Shown here one piece after another: positions 1 through 7,236 of a stretch of DNA of 32,663 nucleotides. The notes under the pieces are model-generated. The model ran no database searches and had not been told where the DNA came from. It saw only the letters and a program-made list of their open reading frames with translations. The stretch covers positions 1 to 32,663 of IMG/VR virus record IMGVR_UViG_3300000352_000001; one strand, 5' to 3'. How positions within the stretch are numbered: position 1 is the stretch's first letter; every line of letters begins with the position of its first letter. The translations under genes and the position numbers were made by a program. The DNA is from a virus.

Positions 1-101
1 CGTCAGGGTTGCTGCTGTTTTGCATCAATCTAGCGATGAGCTTAACTGGCTTCATTGTAGGATGCTCTGCACTCTTCGTTGGTTTGTCGTATCGAAGTAC
101 A
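1..101. repeat. Terminal direct overlap, identical to 32563-32663; marks a circularly closed or permuted contig
   Basis: Base-by-base comparison: cgtcagggttgctgctg...gtatcgaagtaca occurs at both window ends. The minus-strand ORF stays in frame across the junction. Confidence 0.95.
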
Positions 102-1081
102 CTTGTTTGGACTTCTTCATATATCTTTGTTAGTATCTCTTTTACTTCTTTGGCGTTCATTTTACTGATATTAAAGTTTTCATTGAACGTTGTTGACCAC
201 GTGCGATCGTCTATAAAGTAGTGAGCTGCTCCCGGCTTCCAACCATAGATGCAAGGTTCGTGCTGCCATTGGTAGTCTTGTCTTCCAAGTGTAAATGCAT
301 TCTTGACCCAGTTGATTGTTTGCTTGATGTCTAGTCCTGCTCTTTTAAGTGCCATTCTAAACTCAATATCATTACTATCGCCATACCAAACATAGAATGA
401 TCCGCCCGGTTTAAGATATGCTGCCATGTTTCCAAAACTATCAGTTAAGAATTCTAGGAACGCTTCATCGTTCATATTGTCGTTTTGGATTCCGCTTCGT
501 TTGTTGGATCCTCCGCCTTTATAATCAACGTTGTATGGTGGATCTGTTATGATGCAGTCAATCATTTTTCCATCCATAAGGCTGTCAATATCATTTTTAA
601 TACGTGCATCACCACATATGAGTCGGTGTCTTCCTAGTTGATAAATATCACCTAGTTTGCTCTTTGGTTTTGGGTCTAGTGTGAAATCATAATCATCACC
701 TTCGACATCGTTAACACTCTTCTCTTTTTTGAAGCCAAAGATTGTCATGTCAATTTCTATGCCTTGAAGCTCTTCAATAAGTTTTTGTATATCCCAATCT
801 GCAATTTCGGACAGCTTATTGTCAGCTAACCTAAATGCTTTTATTTTTTCATCATCAAGTCCATCTAGAACTATAATGGGTACTTCATTCATCTTTAATT
901 TTAATGCCGCTCGAAGTCTGGTGTGTCCTGTTACGACTACCATGTTTTTGTCTACTGTGATTGGTACATTAAATCCAAACTGCTGAATGGATTCCATCAA
1001 AGGTTTTACTGCTTTGTCGTTTTTTCTTGGGTTATTTTCATACGGAATAATACTTTTTGGATCTATCATTTTTACTTCCAT
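1..1081 (-). CDS. ParB-like nuclease domain fused to a beta-class N6/N4 DNA methyltransferase. This is the N-terminal 360 codons; the gene runs off the window start and continues at 32562 down to 32381 (420 aa in total).
   Basis: Hand translation from ATG at 1081-1079 gave no stop down to base 1. It begins MEVKMIDPKSIIPYENNPRKNDKAV...VVVTGHTRLRAAL (ParB N-terminal motifs), then ...CIITDPPYNVDYKGG (motif IV, DPPY). The frame matches ORF 32381..32617 through the 101-bp overlap. RBS GAGAAGGA lies upstream. Confidence 0.9.
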   Translation of the reverse strand, partial: MEVKMIDPKSIIPYENNPRKNDKAVKPLMESIQQFGFNVPITVDKNMVVVTGHTRLRAALKLKMNEVPIIVLDGLDDEKIKAFRLADNKLSEIADWDIQKLIEELQGIEIDMTIFGFKKEKSVNDVEGDDYDFTLDPKPKSKLGDIYQLGRHRLICGDARIKNDIDSLMDGKMIDCIITDPPYNVDYKGGGSNKRSGIQNDNMNDEAFLEFLTDSFGNMAAYLKPGGSFYVWYGDSNDIEFRMALKRAGLDIKQTINWVKNAFTLGRQDYQWQHEPCIYGWKPGAAHYFIDDRTWSTTFNENFNISKMNAKEVKEILTKIYEEVQTSVLRYDKPTKSAEHPTMKPVKLIARLMQNSSNPD

Positions 1082-1103
1082 GCTTTTCACATCCTTCTCT
1101 AAA

Positions 1104-1131
1104 AGTTTAACACAATGTCAAGTTTTTTCAA
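1104..1131 (-). promoter_or_regulatory. Candidate sigma70-type promoter upstream of the ParB-methylase gene
   Basis: Minus strand reads TTGAAA (1131-1126), a 16-nt spacer, then TGtTAAACT as an extended -10 (1109-1104). A perfect TTGACA at 1121-1116 is too close to any -10 to be the -35. Confidence 0.3.
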
Positions 1132-1155
1132 AAATCGGCATATTTTTGTGAAGAA

Positions 1156-1206
1156 CCCCACGCCCGGTGTGGCGGAAATGCTTTTTTTTGAAATGAGACC
1201 GGGGGG
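1156..1206. other. GC-rich island in an AT-rich intergenic gap; candidate cos/packaging site
   Basis: ccccacgcccggtgtggcgg (1156-1175, 17/20 G+C) and gaccgggggg (1197-1206) lie in the only sizeable non-coding gap between the HNH endonuclease and the terminase genes. Confidence 0.3.
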
Positions 1207-1212
1207 TATGCT

Positions 1213-1515
1213 TCATCTGTTTGGTTTCTTAATGAGATTGCCTCTCTCATCGAACATCAATTCATCTCTCAGCTGCACCTCGCGCGCACGTTTTGAGTTG
1301 TGACATCCCCTACATAAAAGTTGCAGGTTCTTTGGGTTGATACTGATGGTTGGATCTGACACATTGTCCGCTGATAATGGAATGATATGGTGTACTTCTG
1401 TACCCACTCCACCACAGTCTTCACATATTCCCATGCGTTCAGCTCTTATCATTCTTCTTACACGTTTCCATGCTTCTGATTGATAGAATTTTATAACATT
1501 TTCAGGTGTTTTCAC
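1213..1515 (-). CDS. HNH endonuclease, packaging-associated type
   Basis: CEDCGG...EVHHIIPL...LQLLCRGCHNSK gives a zinc-finger HNH signature in a 100-aa protein. It lies upstream of the terminase module together with a P27-type TerS. Confidence 0.85.
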   Translation of the reverse strand: MKTPENVIKFYQSEAWKRVRRMIRAERMGICEDCGGVGTEVHHIIPLSADNVSDPTISINPKNLQLLCRGCHNSKRAREVQLRDELMFDERGNLIKKPNR

Positions 1516-1762
1516 TGTCTTCTACATCCTTTTCAGCTTCATTTTCACTGTTTTCTAATGGCCATTCATCATCTTCTTTCGATATGTGCATCACACTTAG
1601 TGAGCTTGCCATGCATCCTGTATTACAGAAGATGTTATCTGAACCATCATACTCATCGAAGTAGTTAACCTGCAGGTAGTTATCGCCTACCATTACATAC
1701 TCGTCTTCTATTTCTTTTCCGCAGTATGCGCATGTTACGCTTTCCTTTTTCTTCTTTGCCAT
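1502..1762 (-). CDS. Hypothetical small zinc-ribbon-like protein with an acidic tail
   Basis: CAYCGK...CNTGC cysteine pairs. ORF is translationally coupled with its neighbours. Confidence 0.5.
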   Translation of the reverse strand: MAKKKKESVTCAYCGKEIEDEYVMVGDNYLQVNYFDEYDGSDNIFCNTGCMASSLSVMHISKEDDEWPLENSENEAEKDVEDSENT

Positions 1763-1763
1763 G

Positions 1764-2279
1764 TTATTCCTCCTTCCATCCGAACATGCTGATCTGTACG
1801 AGTTCCATTCTCTTCCTTGCTATCTCAGCATATTCCGGGTTGATTTCGATTCCGACATACTTTCTATTCATAGTGCTTGCCACGAAGCTTGTGGTACCTG
1901 ATCCTAAGAACATGTCTAAGACTGTACCGCTTGGCTTGCATCCTGCTTCTATGATTGTTTCTACCAGTTCCTTTGGGAACGTTGCGAAATGTTCGAATGG
2001 ACTTTTATGCGTGTTGATTGTCCACACACATCGTTTGTTTCGCATTAGGTTGTCATCTATGAGCTTTGGTTCTTGCTGCTTCTTGACTCTTCTTCCACCG
2101 TTCAGTGGTCCTATGACTCCCTTACTCCCCCTTACGACTTCTTTGTAGTTCTTCTGCATGGGTTCTTTAGCTTGGTTGAAGTAGTATGTTGTATTCTTTG
2201 TGAAGAAGTATATCTTTTCAAAGTCTACTGTGAACCTGTCCTTTACGCTCGATGGCATGGCATTTGGTTTGTACCACAC
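1764..2279 (-). CDS. N-terminally truncated beta-class N4/N6 DNA methyltransferase-like protein; retains the SAM-binding motif I but lacks DPPY motif IV
   Basis: Starts at GTG with WYKPNAMPSSVKDR...FEKIYFFTK, which is normally mid-protein. It ends with LDMFLGSGTTSFVA...GIEINPEY. No (D/S)PPY is present in this ORF or in the upstream ORF. Confidence 0.7.
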   Translation of the reverse strand: MWYKPNAMPSSVKDRFTVDFEKIYFFTKNTTYYFNQAKEPMQKNYKEVVRGSKGVIGPLNGGRRVKKQQEPKLIDDNLMRNKRCVWTINTHKSPFEHFATFPKELVETIIEAGCKPSGTVLDMFLGSGTTSFVASTMNRKYVGIEINPEYAEIARKRMELVQISMFGWKEE

Positions 2280-2290
2280 TATCTCGTTTC

Positions 2291-2713
2291 TTAGAATCCA
2301 TCCGTTTTCTTCATGTATTCTTTGATAACTGTGTTTAGCAGTTCTTGGTTCACTGGGTTATCCCAGTATCCATCTGGCAGCGATAATGCATCCAGTGTGT
2401 CTTCGATTTCTTCGGTGTATTGGTACTCGTGGTTTGCTAGTTCATACCATAGAGCTTGTTTTAAATTATCATGATCTAACAGCCAGTCTTTTTCTTCTTT
2501 GCTTGTTTCCTTGATGAGCTTGCTGTATTCTTCCTTATTGCTCTTCTTGATGTATCCGCCCATGCCGATGCTTGTAATGTCTTCGTTGTTTGGTGTTTGG
2601 ATTTTCTTTTTGCCATCTTCGAATTGCTCATCGCTGAATGCAAAGAACCCATTTTCACTTAAGAATTGATTGAATCTGTCCTGCAGCTTCTTTTTTAATT
2701 CTTGGTAAGTCAT
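2291..2713 (-). CDS. Hypothetical protein
   Basis: 140-aa ORF with a 4-nt overlap to its upstream neighbour. No motif recognised. Confidence 0.5.
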   Translation of the reverse strand: MTYQELKKKLQDRFNQFLSENGFFAFSDEQFEDGKKKIQTPNNEDITSIGMGGYIKKSNKEEYSKLIKETSKEEKDWLLDHDNLKQALWYELANHEYQYTEEIEDTLDALSLPDGYWDNPVNQELLNTVIKEYMKKTDGF

Positions 2714-2907
2714 AGTTCTACCTCTTCCGTTTCTAGTTTTTGTCCTGGATCCATACTTTGCTTAATCATTTCTTGCATCACCGCTCCATGGAGTAGGTTG
2801 CTTGGTATTTCTTTGACATTATCTGTCGTCCATGGAATCATCTTTCCGTCCTTGTATGTAAAGCCAATTACATAATTTCCATCTAGTTTGAATACTGTTT
2901 TACTCAT
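2710..2907 (-). CDS. Hypothetical protein; first gene after the 206-bp non-coding region
   Basis: ATG is preceded by AAAAGGAGGCTCAATA, a strong SD. Confidence 0.6.
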   Translation of the reverse strand: MSKTVFKLDGNYVIGFTYKDGKMIPWTTDNVKEIPSNLLHGAVMQEMIKQSMDPGQKLETEEVEL

Positions 2908-2934
2908 TATTGAGCCTCCTTTTTTGGCTTTTTT

Positions 2935-2965
2935 AATCTTACATAATTACAAAGAGTGTAAGATT
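2935..2965 (-). promoter_or_regulatory. 9-bp inverted repeat (AATCTTACA-N13-TGTAAGATT) between the candidate promoter and the RBS; operator or 5'-UTR hairpin
   Basis: Arms at 2935-2943 and 2957-2965, read directly from the sequence. Confidence 0.3.
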
Positions 2966-2969
2966 TTTT

Positions 2970-2997
2970 ATTTTAGTGCTTTTGATACTTCTTTCAA
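2970..2997 (-). promoter_or_regulatory. Candidate promoter TTGAAA-N16-TAAAAT
   Basis: Minus-strand -35 at 2997-2992 and -10 at 2975-2970. It sits in the largest non-coding gap, downstream of phased A-tracts. Confidence 0.4.
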
Positions 2998-3113
2998 GTC
3001 AGTAAGGCTCATATCTCGTTTTTTTGTTTTTTTGTTTTCTATAAAAATATTACAATAAAATTGATTTACGTTAAATGAGCCTTTTTTTATCTGTGGGTAC
3101 TATGATCCTGGAT

Positions 3114-3470
3114 TTAGTTTTTGAACTTTATCCAGTCTGGGATATACACCTTTTTTGGTATCTCTATTTTGTATTCTTGTTTGGTGTATACACTGATGAG
3201 CCTAACGCCATCGTAGTAGTGATTATGTCCGCATGCCATATCGCCATCACGTTTGATGTCATCTTCCGATATCATCATTACATAGTCACCCTTTTTTAGT
3301 TCGATCATCTTTGGTTCGGGATATGTTTCACCAAACATCTTGCTGTGTATTTCATGGCCATGGATGTCGATTGTTGCAAATGGTGTGGGTCTTTGCAGCT
3401 CTTTTAGGTTTGCTGATAGGTAGATTGGTATCGTACCCCATATGTTTGTTCCTGTACATAATACTTTCAT
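3114..3470 (-). CDS. Hypothetical protein rich in His/Asp (IDIHGHEIH, GHNHYYDG)
   Basis: 118-aa ORF. Possible metal-binding residues, but no family recognised. Confidence 0.45.
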   Translation of the reverse strand: MKVLCTGTNIWGTIPIYLSANLKELQRPTPFATIDIHGHEIHSKMFGETYPEPKMIELKKGDYVMMISEDDIKRDGDMACGHNHYYDGVRLISVYTKQEYKIEIPKKVYIPDWIKFKN

Positions 3471-3781
3471 AGTCTGGGATTGACTCCTATTCCTAACTTG
3501 TTTTGCTCTTTATCAAGTTCAGTTTCAATTTGTATCATTCTAAGCTTATCGTCCATGGGCATTTGTGAGTATTGACTACGCACTAGGATTTCGTATGCTT
3601 CCTTGTAAAGTTTTCCTAGATGCAGGTGTGCTTCTACAGTTTTTATTTCTTCTAGGTTGTCAATTTGTGGTGGGTAGATTTCGTTTGAACATGCTACTGG
3701 TACTTCTGATTCCTTTTTTGTTATAAAGGTTCTTTGCTTCCATTTTATGACAGCTGCTTGAAGTTGTTCTTCTGCTTTCAT
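3467..3781 (-). CDS. Hypothetical protein
   Basis: 104-aa ORF with ATGA-type overlaps on both sides. Confidence 0.5.
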   Translation of the reverse strand: MKAEEQLQAAVIKWKQRTFITKKESEVPVACSNEIYPPQIDNLEEIKTVEAHLHLGKLYKEAYEILVRSQYSQMPMDDKLRMIQIETELDKEQNKLGIGVNPRL

Positions 3782-4251
3782 GACTCTTCCTCTATCTTTC
3801 TAGCAATCTCTATGATTCGCTTTCTTTCTTCTTGATTGATATTCGATACTGCATTCATAAATATTTCATATGCTTCCTTGTATAAATCATAGTGTCTTAT
3901 TTTGATGCATTGAGCTTTTGATTCGTGAAGTGCGTTTGCTATCTTATTAACTTTATCGATGGTTTCATTGAATGGTAGCTTTAGTATTTCTTCATGTCCT
4001 AGGAGTTCAAGTGCTTCATCGATGATGATTTCAAGTCCTTCCGTTACTTCAATTGCAATCGTATTGATGTCTTCAATGTAATATCTATGCATTCTAATTT
4101 GCTGTGTTTTATGAATTTGCACATCATAAAACTTACCTGGATCGAGTTTTGTTTCCGATATGACATAGTAGTTTTGATTGCCGTTTGTAAATAAATGGTT
4201 GTTTCCTTGTTCATTATAATCATCAGTTACTCTTACTAATTTTATGATCAT
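3778..4251 (-). CDS. Hypothetical protein
   Basis: 157-aa ORF, translationally coupled. Confidence 0.5.
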   Translation of the reverse strand: MIIKLVRVTDDYNEQGNNHLFTNGNQNYYVISETKLDPGKFYDVQIHKTQQIRMHRYYIEDINTIAIEVTEGLEIIIDEALELLGHEEILKLPFNETIDKVNKIANALHESKAQCIKIRHYDLYKEAYEIFMNAVSNINQEERKRIIEIARKIEEES

Positions 4252-5075
4252 GTCTTCACATCCTTTTTAAATCTTACATTTACAATGGCTTCTTTTTTAA
4301 TACGGCCATGGCATATGTCAAGTATCGTTTGATAACTTACGTATAGTGCTTTTGCTGCTGTCCTAGATGATCTGTACTCTTTTATGACGTTTCCTTTTTC
4401 GTCTAGTAGTTGGATTTCTTTGGATTGGCTTTTTTGATATCCTGTTAAGATTCCATGTTTTGATTTTTCTAGTAGTTCTAAATTATCAGCTCTACAGTTT
4501 TTGTAGTTACCATCTATGTGATGAATGTATAAATTGTCAGTTGATCTTATAAATGCTGTCGCAACTATTTTTGCGAGCTTGACATATTTCATTCCTTCAG
4601 TTCCATGCATTTTTACGAACAGGTGGTATCTATATTTTGTTTTGGACTTGTTCCATATCTTCTTCCTATATGGTCTAAGTACTAGTGCTACATCTTTTAA
4701 ATATTTTTTTAGGATGCCTTGGTTACTTATTTCGTAACCGGGATAACCTTCAACCGGAAGCCATTTGATTTGAGCTTGACCGTTTACTACCTTATCCCAC
4801 ATTTCGCTGTACCTTGGATGGTCTTCGTAGTGCTTTGTGAACCAGGATCTGATTGCAATTCTATCTTCCCTTGTTTTAGCATTCATCCATCTCTTAGCTG
4901 CTATTGATGTAGCTTGTTCAATTGTTCTAGCTTCATATCTTTTTCCCAGGATCTTTTTTATCTCTTCTTCTGGTATTCCTGATTTTATGAGTTTAAGTGT
5001 TTTTGGGTAGCTTACTTTATTCTTAATACACCATGAACGTGCTGATTCATTATTGATTTGATATTTTGTCATCAT
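4248..5075 (-). CDS. HNH homing endonuclease (NUMOD4-like, HNH, and a C-terminal DNA-binding module)
   Basis: WLPVEGYPGYEISNQGILK (NUMOD4-like), HHIDGNYKNCRADNLELL (HNH), and a C-terminal SSRTAAKALYVSYQTILDICHG that is HTH/NUMOD1-like. Confidence 0.75.
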   Translation of the reverse strand: MMTKYQINNESARSWCIKNKVSYPKTLKLIKSGIPEEEIKKILGKRYEARTIEQATSIAAKRWMNAKTREDRIAIRSWFTKHYEDHPRYSEMWDKVVNGQAQIKWLPVEGYPGYEISNQGILKKYLKDVALVLRPYRKKIWNKSKTKYRYHLFVKMHGTEGMKYVKLAKIVATAFIRSTDNLYIHHIDGNYKNCRADNLELLEKSKHGILTGYQKSQSKEIQLLDEKGNVIKEYRSSRTAAKALYVSYQTILDICHGRIKKEAIVNVRFKKDVKT

Positions 5076-5445
5076 CGTCTTTTTTGAACTTTCTTTGACA
5101 GTTTTCTTGATGTGTGACTATCTCTAGATTGCTTTGTTTGTTATTTCTTTTTTTACGATCGATATGGTCGATTGATAGTCCGTTATCTATCAACGAGTCT
5201 ATATGCGCAAGGTTGACTCCATTGATATCGCCAAAGAGTTCTACTACTTTGATGTGTGTGAAGTGCCACTTTGTTCCTATCTTAATTCTGTAGTACCCAC
5301 TGTTATTTTTAAATTGTTTGATGATTCTTTTATATGTCAGTGAGTAACATCTTCCATAGTTGCTTAGCATGTGTTTAGTTCCCAAGAACCTCCACACTTC
5401 ACCTTTTTTATTCTTTATGTTACTTGGTTTTTTCTCATTGCCCAT
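5050..5445 (-). CDS. HNH homing endonuclease (NUMOD4-like and HNH)
   Basis: GEVWRFLG...LSNYGRCYS, then SIDHIDRKKRNNKQSNLEIVTHQEN. Confidence 0.75.
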   Translation of the reverse strand: MGNEKKPSNIKNKKGEVWRFLGTKHMLSNYGRCYSLTYKRIIKQFKNNSGYYRIKIGTKWHFTHIKVVELFGDINGVNLAHIDSLIDNGLSIDHIDRKKRNNKQSNLEIVTHQENCQRKFKKDDDDKISNQ

Positions 5446-6004
5446 GGCTGCTACCTCCTATTTCATCACCGAATGCATCCCATCCGATTCTCTCTTTTCT
5501 TGCAAACACTTCATACTTTAATGTATCAGGGAACATTGATTCTATGAGTTCATATGCTGCTTTTGGTTTTTTACTGTGATCTGAGTTGGGTTCATGAATA
5601 ACTGATGCGTGATGTCCGGGATTGATTGGCATTTGAATGTGTCCGGGTTTATACCACCATTGCAGGTATTCGTGGGTCATTCTAACTGTGAATGCTGGGC
5701 ATGGTCCGTTTCCTTTTGACCATATAATATCTGTATGCTTTTTGTATCCTAGACTCTTCATTATTTTATCTAGTTCAATATAATACTTTTGGATGCACCA
5801 TACAAACAGGTTTGCTTCTGGCGATGCAGTTGTTATTTCTTGAATGTATTTTTTAATTTCATCCAATGACATCGTTTTATATGGAACAGGCATTCCTGAT
5901 GAATTTGGTTTCTTTTTCATTTTTCCGCCACGCATGAGCTGCCATGGTGGATCTAAAAGTATTATGCCGTAATTTCCTTTTCCTGCAGGTGTTTGATATA
6001 TCAT
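5435..6004 (-). CDS. MT-A70 family N6-adenine DNA methyltransferase
   Basis: GIILLDPPWQ (DPPW catalytic motif). The size and layout are typical of MT-A70 phage methylases. Confidence 0.8.
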   Translation of the reverse strand: MIYQTPAGKGNYGIILLDPPWQLMRGGKMKKKPNSSGMPVPYKTMSLDEIKKYIQEITTASPEANLFVWCIQKYYIELDKIMKSLGYKKHTDIIWSKGNGPCPAFTVRMTHEYLQWWYKPGHIQMPINPGHHASVIHEPNSDHSKKPKAAYELIESMFPDTLKYEVFARKERIGWDAFGDEIGGSSHGQ

Positions 6005-6198
6005 CTGGGTACACCCACTCTCGATTTGAAATCTCTTACAAGGTGATGCTCAACATTTACATGTCTTATTTCACCATTGTATACAAGAACTAGTTTCACG
6101 TGAAACATGGTTATTTGAATAAGTATTGCATCAATCCATTCACCCATGTACTTGACTTTTACTGCTTGTCCCGGTTTAGCTGTTAGAGCTTTATCCAT
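6001..6198 (-). CDS. Hypothetical small protein
   Basis: 65-aa ORF coupled between the ASCH and MT-A70 genes. Confidence 0.45.
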   Translation of the reverse strand: MDKALTAKPGQAVKVKYMGEWIDAILIQITMFHVKLVLVYNGEIRHVNVEHHLVRDFKSRVGVPR

Positions 6199-6841
6199 TG
6201 TTACATTCCTCCTTTATATATGCTGTCATGAATGATTGTGGCGCTCGTTTTAATGGTATAAATGGTTCATATTCAAATGCCCATCCAAACGATCCTACAT
6301 TCTCGGCATCTTTACTTGGTATGTAAAATTCATCAATGTCCATCGGATCAATCGGTTGTATGTTCGTTAAGTGGTGGGCGTAGAGGTCAGCACCGTTGCC
6401 GTATTCTTCAATCTCATCAGGTGTTAAGCAAGTGGCTTTTCTTAATTCAGGATCAACACTCAATAAATACATGAAATCGTTTTGACACTCATAACCATTT
6501 TCATTGTTTGTACAACCACTACAATCAACATATCTTGTAGTTCCACTCACCCTAAACTTGACGACTACAAGACCTCTACCATCGCTAATTAGTCTTAACC
6601 CACGCTTATTAAATATTTCGTAACCATACCATTCTGGGTATTTTTCTTCCCATGTTTTTTCACTCACATAGAATGATTTACCTATGGTTTCGTATGCGTA
6701 TGCTTCTACAGATTCGCCATGGCTGATGATTTTCAATGCCCACTTTGGCAGGGTTCTTTTTCTTACTTCTATTTTTTTGAGCTGCTTTTTTATTTTATCG
6801 ATGTACTGTTTTTCAATGCTGTACAATAATACTCTTTTCAT
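6191..6841 (-). CDS. ASCH/PUA-like domain protein with a Cys-containing C-terminal extension
   Basis: The N-terminus, LLYSIEKQYIDKIKKQLKKIEVRKRTLP, resembles the ASCH beta-barrel start. The family was assigned by eye only. Confidence 0.45.
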   Translation of the reverse strand: MKRVLLYSIEKQYIDKIKKQLKKIEVRKRTLPKWALKIISHGESVEAYAYETIGKSFYVSEKTWEEKYPEWYGYEIFNKRGLRLISDGRGLVVVKFRVSGTTRYVDCSGCTNNENGYECQNDFMYLLSVDPELRKATCLTPDEIEEYGNGADLYAHHLTNIQPIDPMDIDEFYIPSKDAENVGSFGWAFEYEPFIPLKRAPQSFMTAYIKEECNNG

Positions 6842-6852
6842 TTTTCCTCCAT

Positions 6853-7236
6853 CTAAATGTCGAATATTGACATTTGCGTTATTTTTATTTGGGATGATAT
6901 ATTAAGTAGCTTATCTATTTCTTTGAACACATCTTCTTTTTTTTGAGCTGCTGTAAGGATGTTTTGGTAATGTCTGGGCTTAATACACTTTGATAGTGAG
7001 TATCCTTGTTCCCATATACCTGTTTCGAATATAATGACTCCATCCTTTTTGAATTTTATAAACGGACACCTTGTTGTCCAGCTTATTTCATAATCTGGTA
7101 ACTTGTATCTTTTTGATACTTCGATTGCAAATTCTTCGGTTAGTTTGGTTTGTTTCTTAGTATGATGATTCTCATTTGGTGTTATTATCATGAGCTTCAC
7201 GTTCTTCTTCTTCATATAAAATTTCCGGATCTTCAC
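6853..7236 (-). CDS. Hypothetical protein; the true start is probably internal (MKKKNV or MIITP)
   Basis: The ORF overlaps its upstream gene by 65 nt, and internal ATGs are available. Confidence 0.45.
   Translation of the reverse strand: MKIRKFYMKKKNVKLMIITPNENHHTKKQTKLTEEFAIEVSKRYKLPDYEISWTTRCPFIKFKKDGVIIFETGIWEQGYSLSKCIKPRHYQNILTAAQKKEDVFKEIDKLLNISSQIKITQMSIFDI

Noticed and set aside
1-101. Terminal repeats as genuine phage direct terminal repeats or as transposon/IS ends
   Set aside because: An ORF reads through the junction in frame. No transposase is present. HNH plus a P27-type TerS predicts cos ends elsewhere. An assembler overlap is most parsimonious, although coverage data would be needed to be certain.
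1116-1121. The perfect TTGACA as the -35 of the ParB-methylase promoter
   Set aside because: It lies only 6 nt from the nearest -10-like hexamer. The upstream TTGAAA gives a proper 16-nt spacer.
1156-1206. The GC-rich segment as a twister, pistol or other small ribozyme (these often co-occur with hammerheads)
   Set aside because: I could not fit the conserved twister elements, the AAGC..GGGC core elements as I recall them, or a convincing double pseudoknot. The segment is too short. A cos/packaging site is the simpler explanation.
2476-2658. Nested minus-strand alternative-frame ORFs (2476-2658, 23571-23774, 26030-26311)
   Set aside because: Each is fully contained in a longer, better-supported ORF. 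They have biased composition and no RBS.
3193-3200. CUGAUGAG on the plus strand as a fourth hammerhead
   Set aside because: No GAAA box, no flanking stems within about 70 nt, and it lies antisense inside a CDS.
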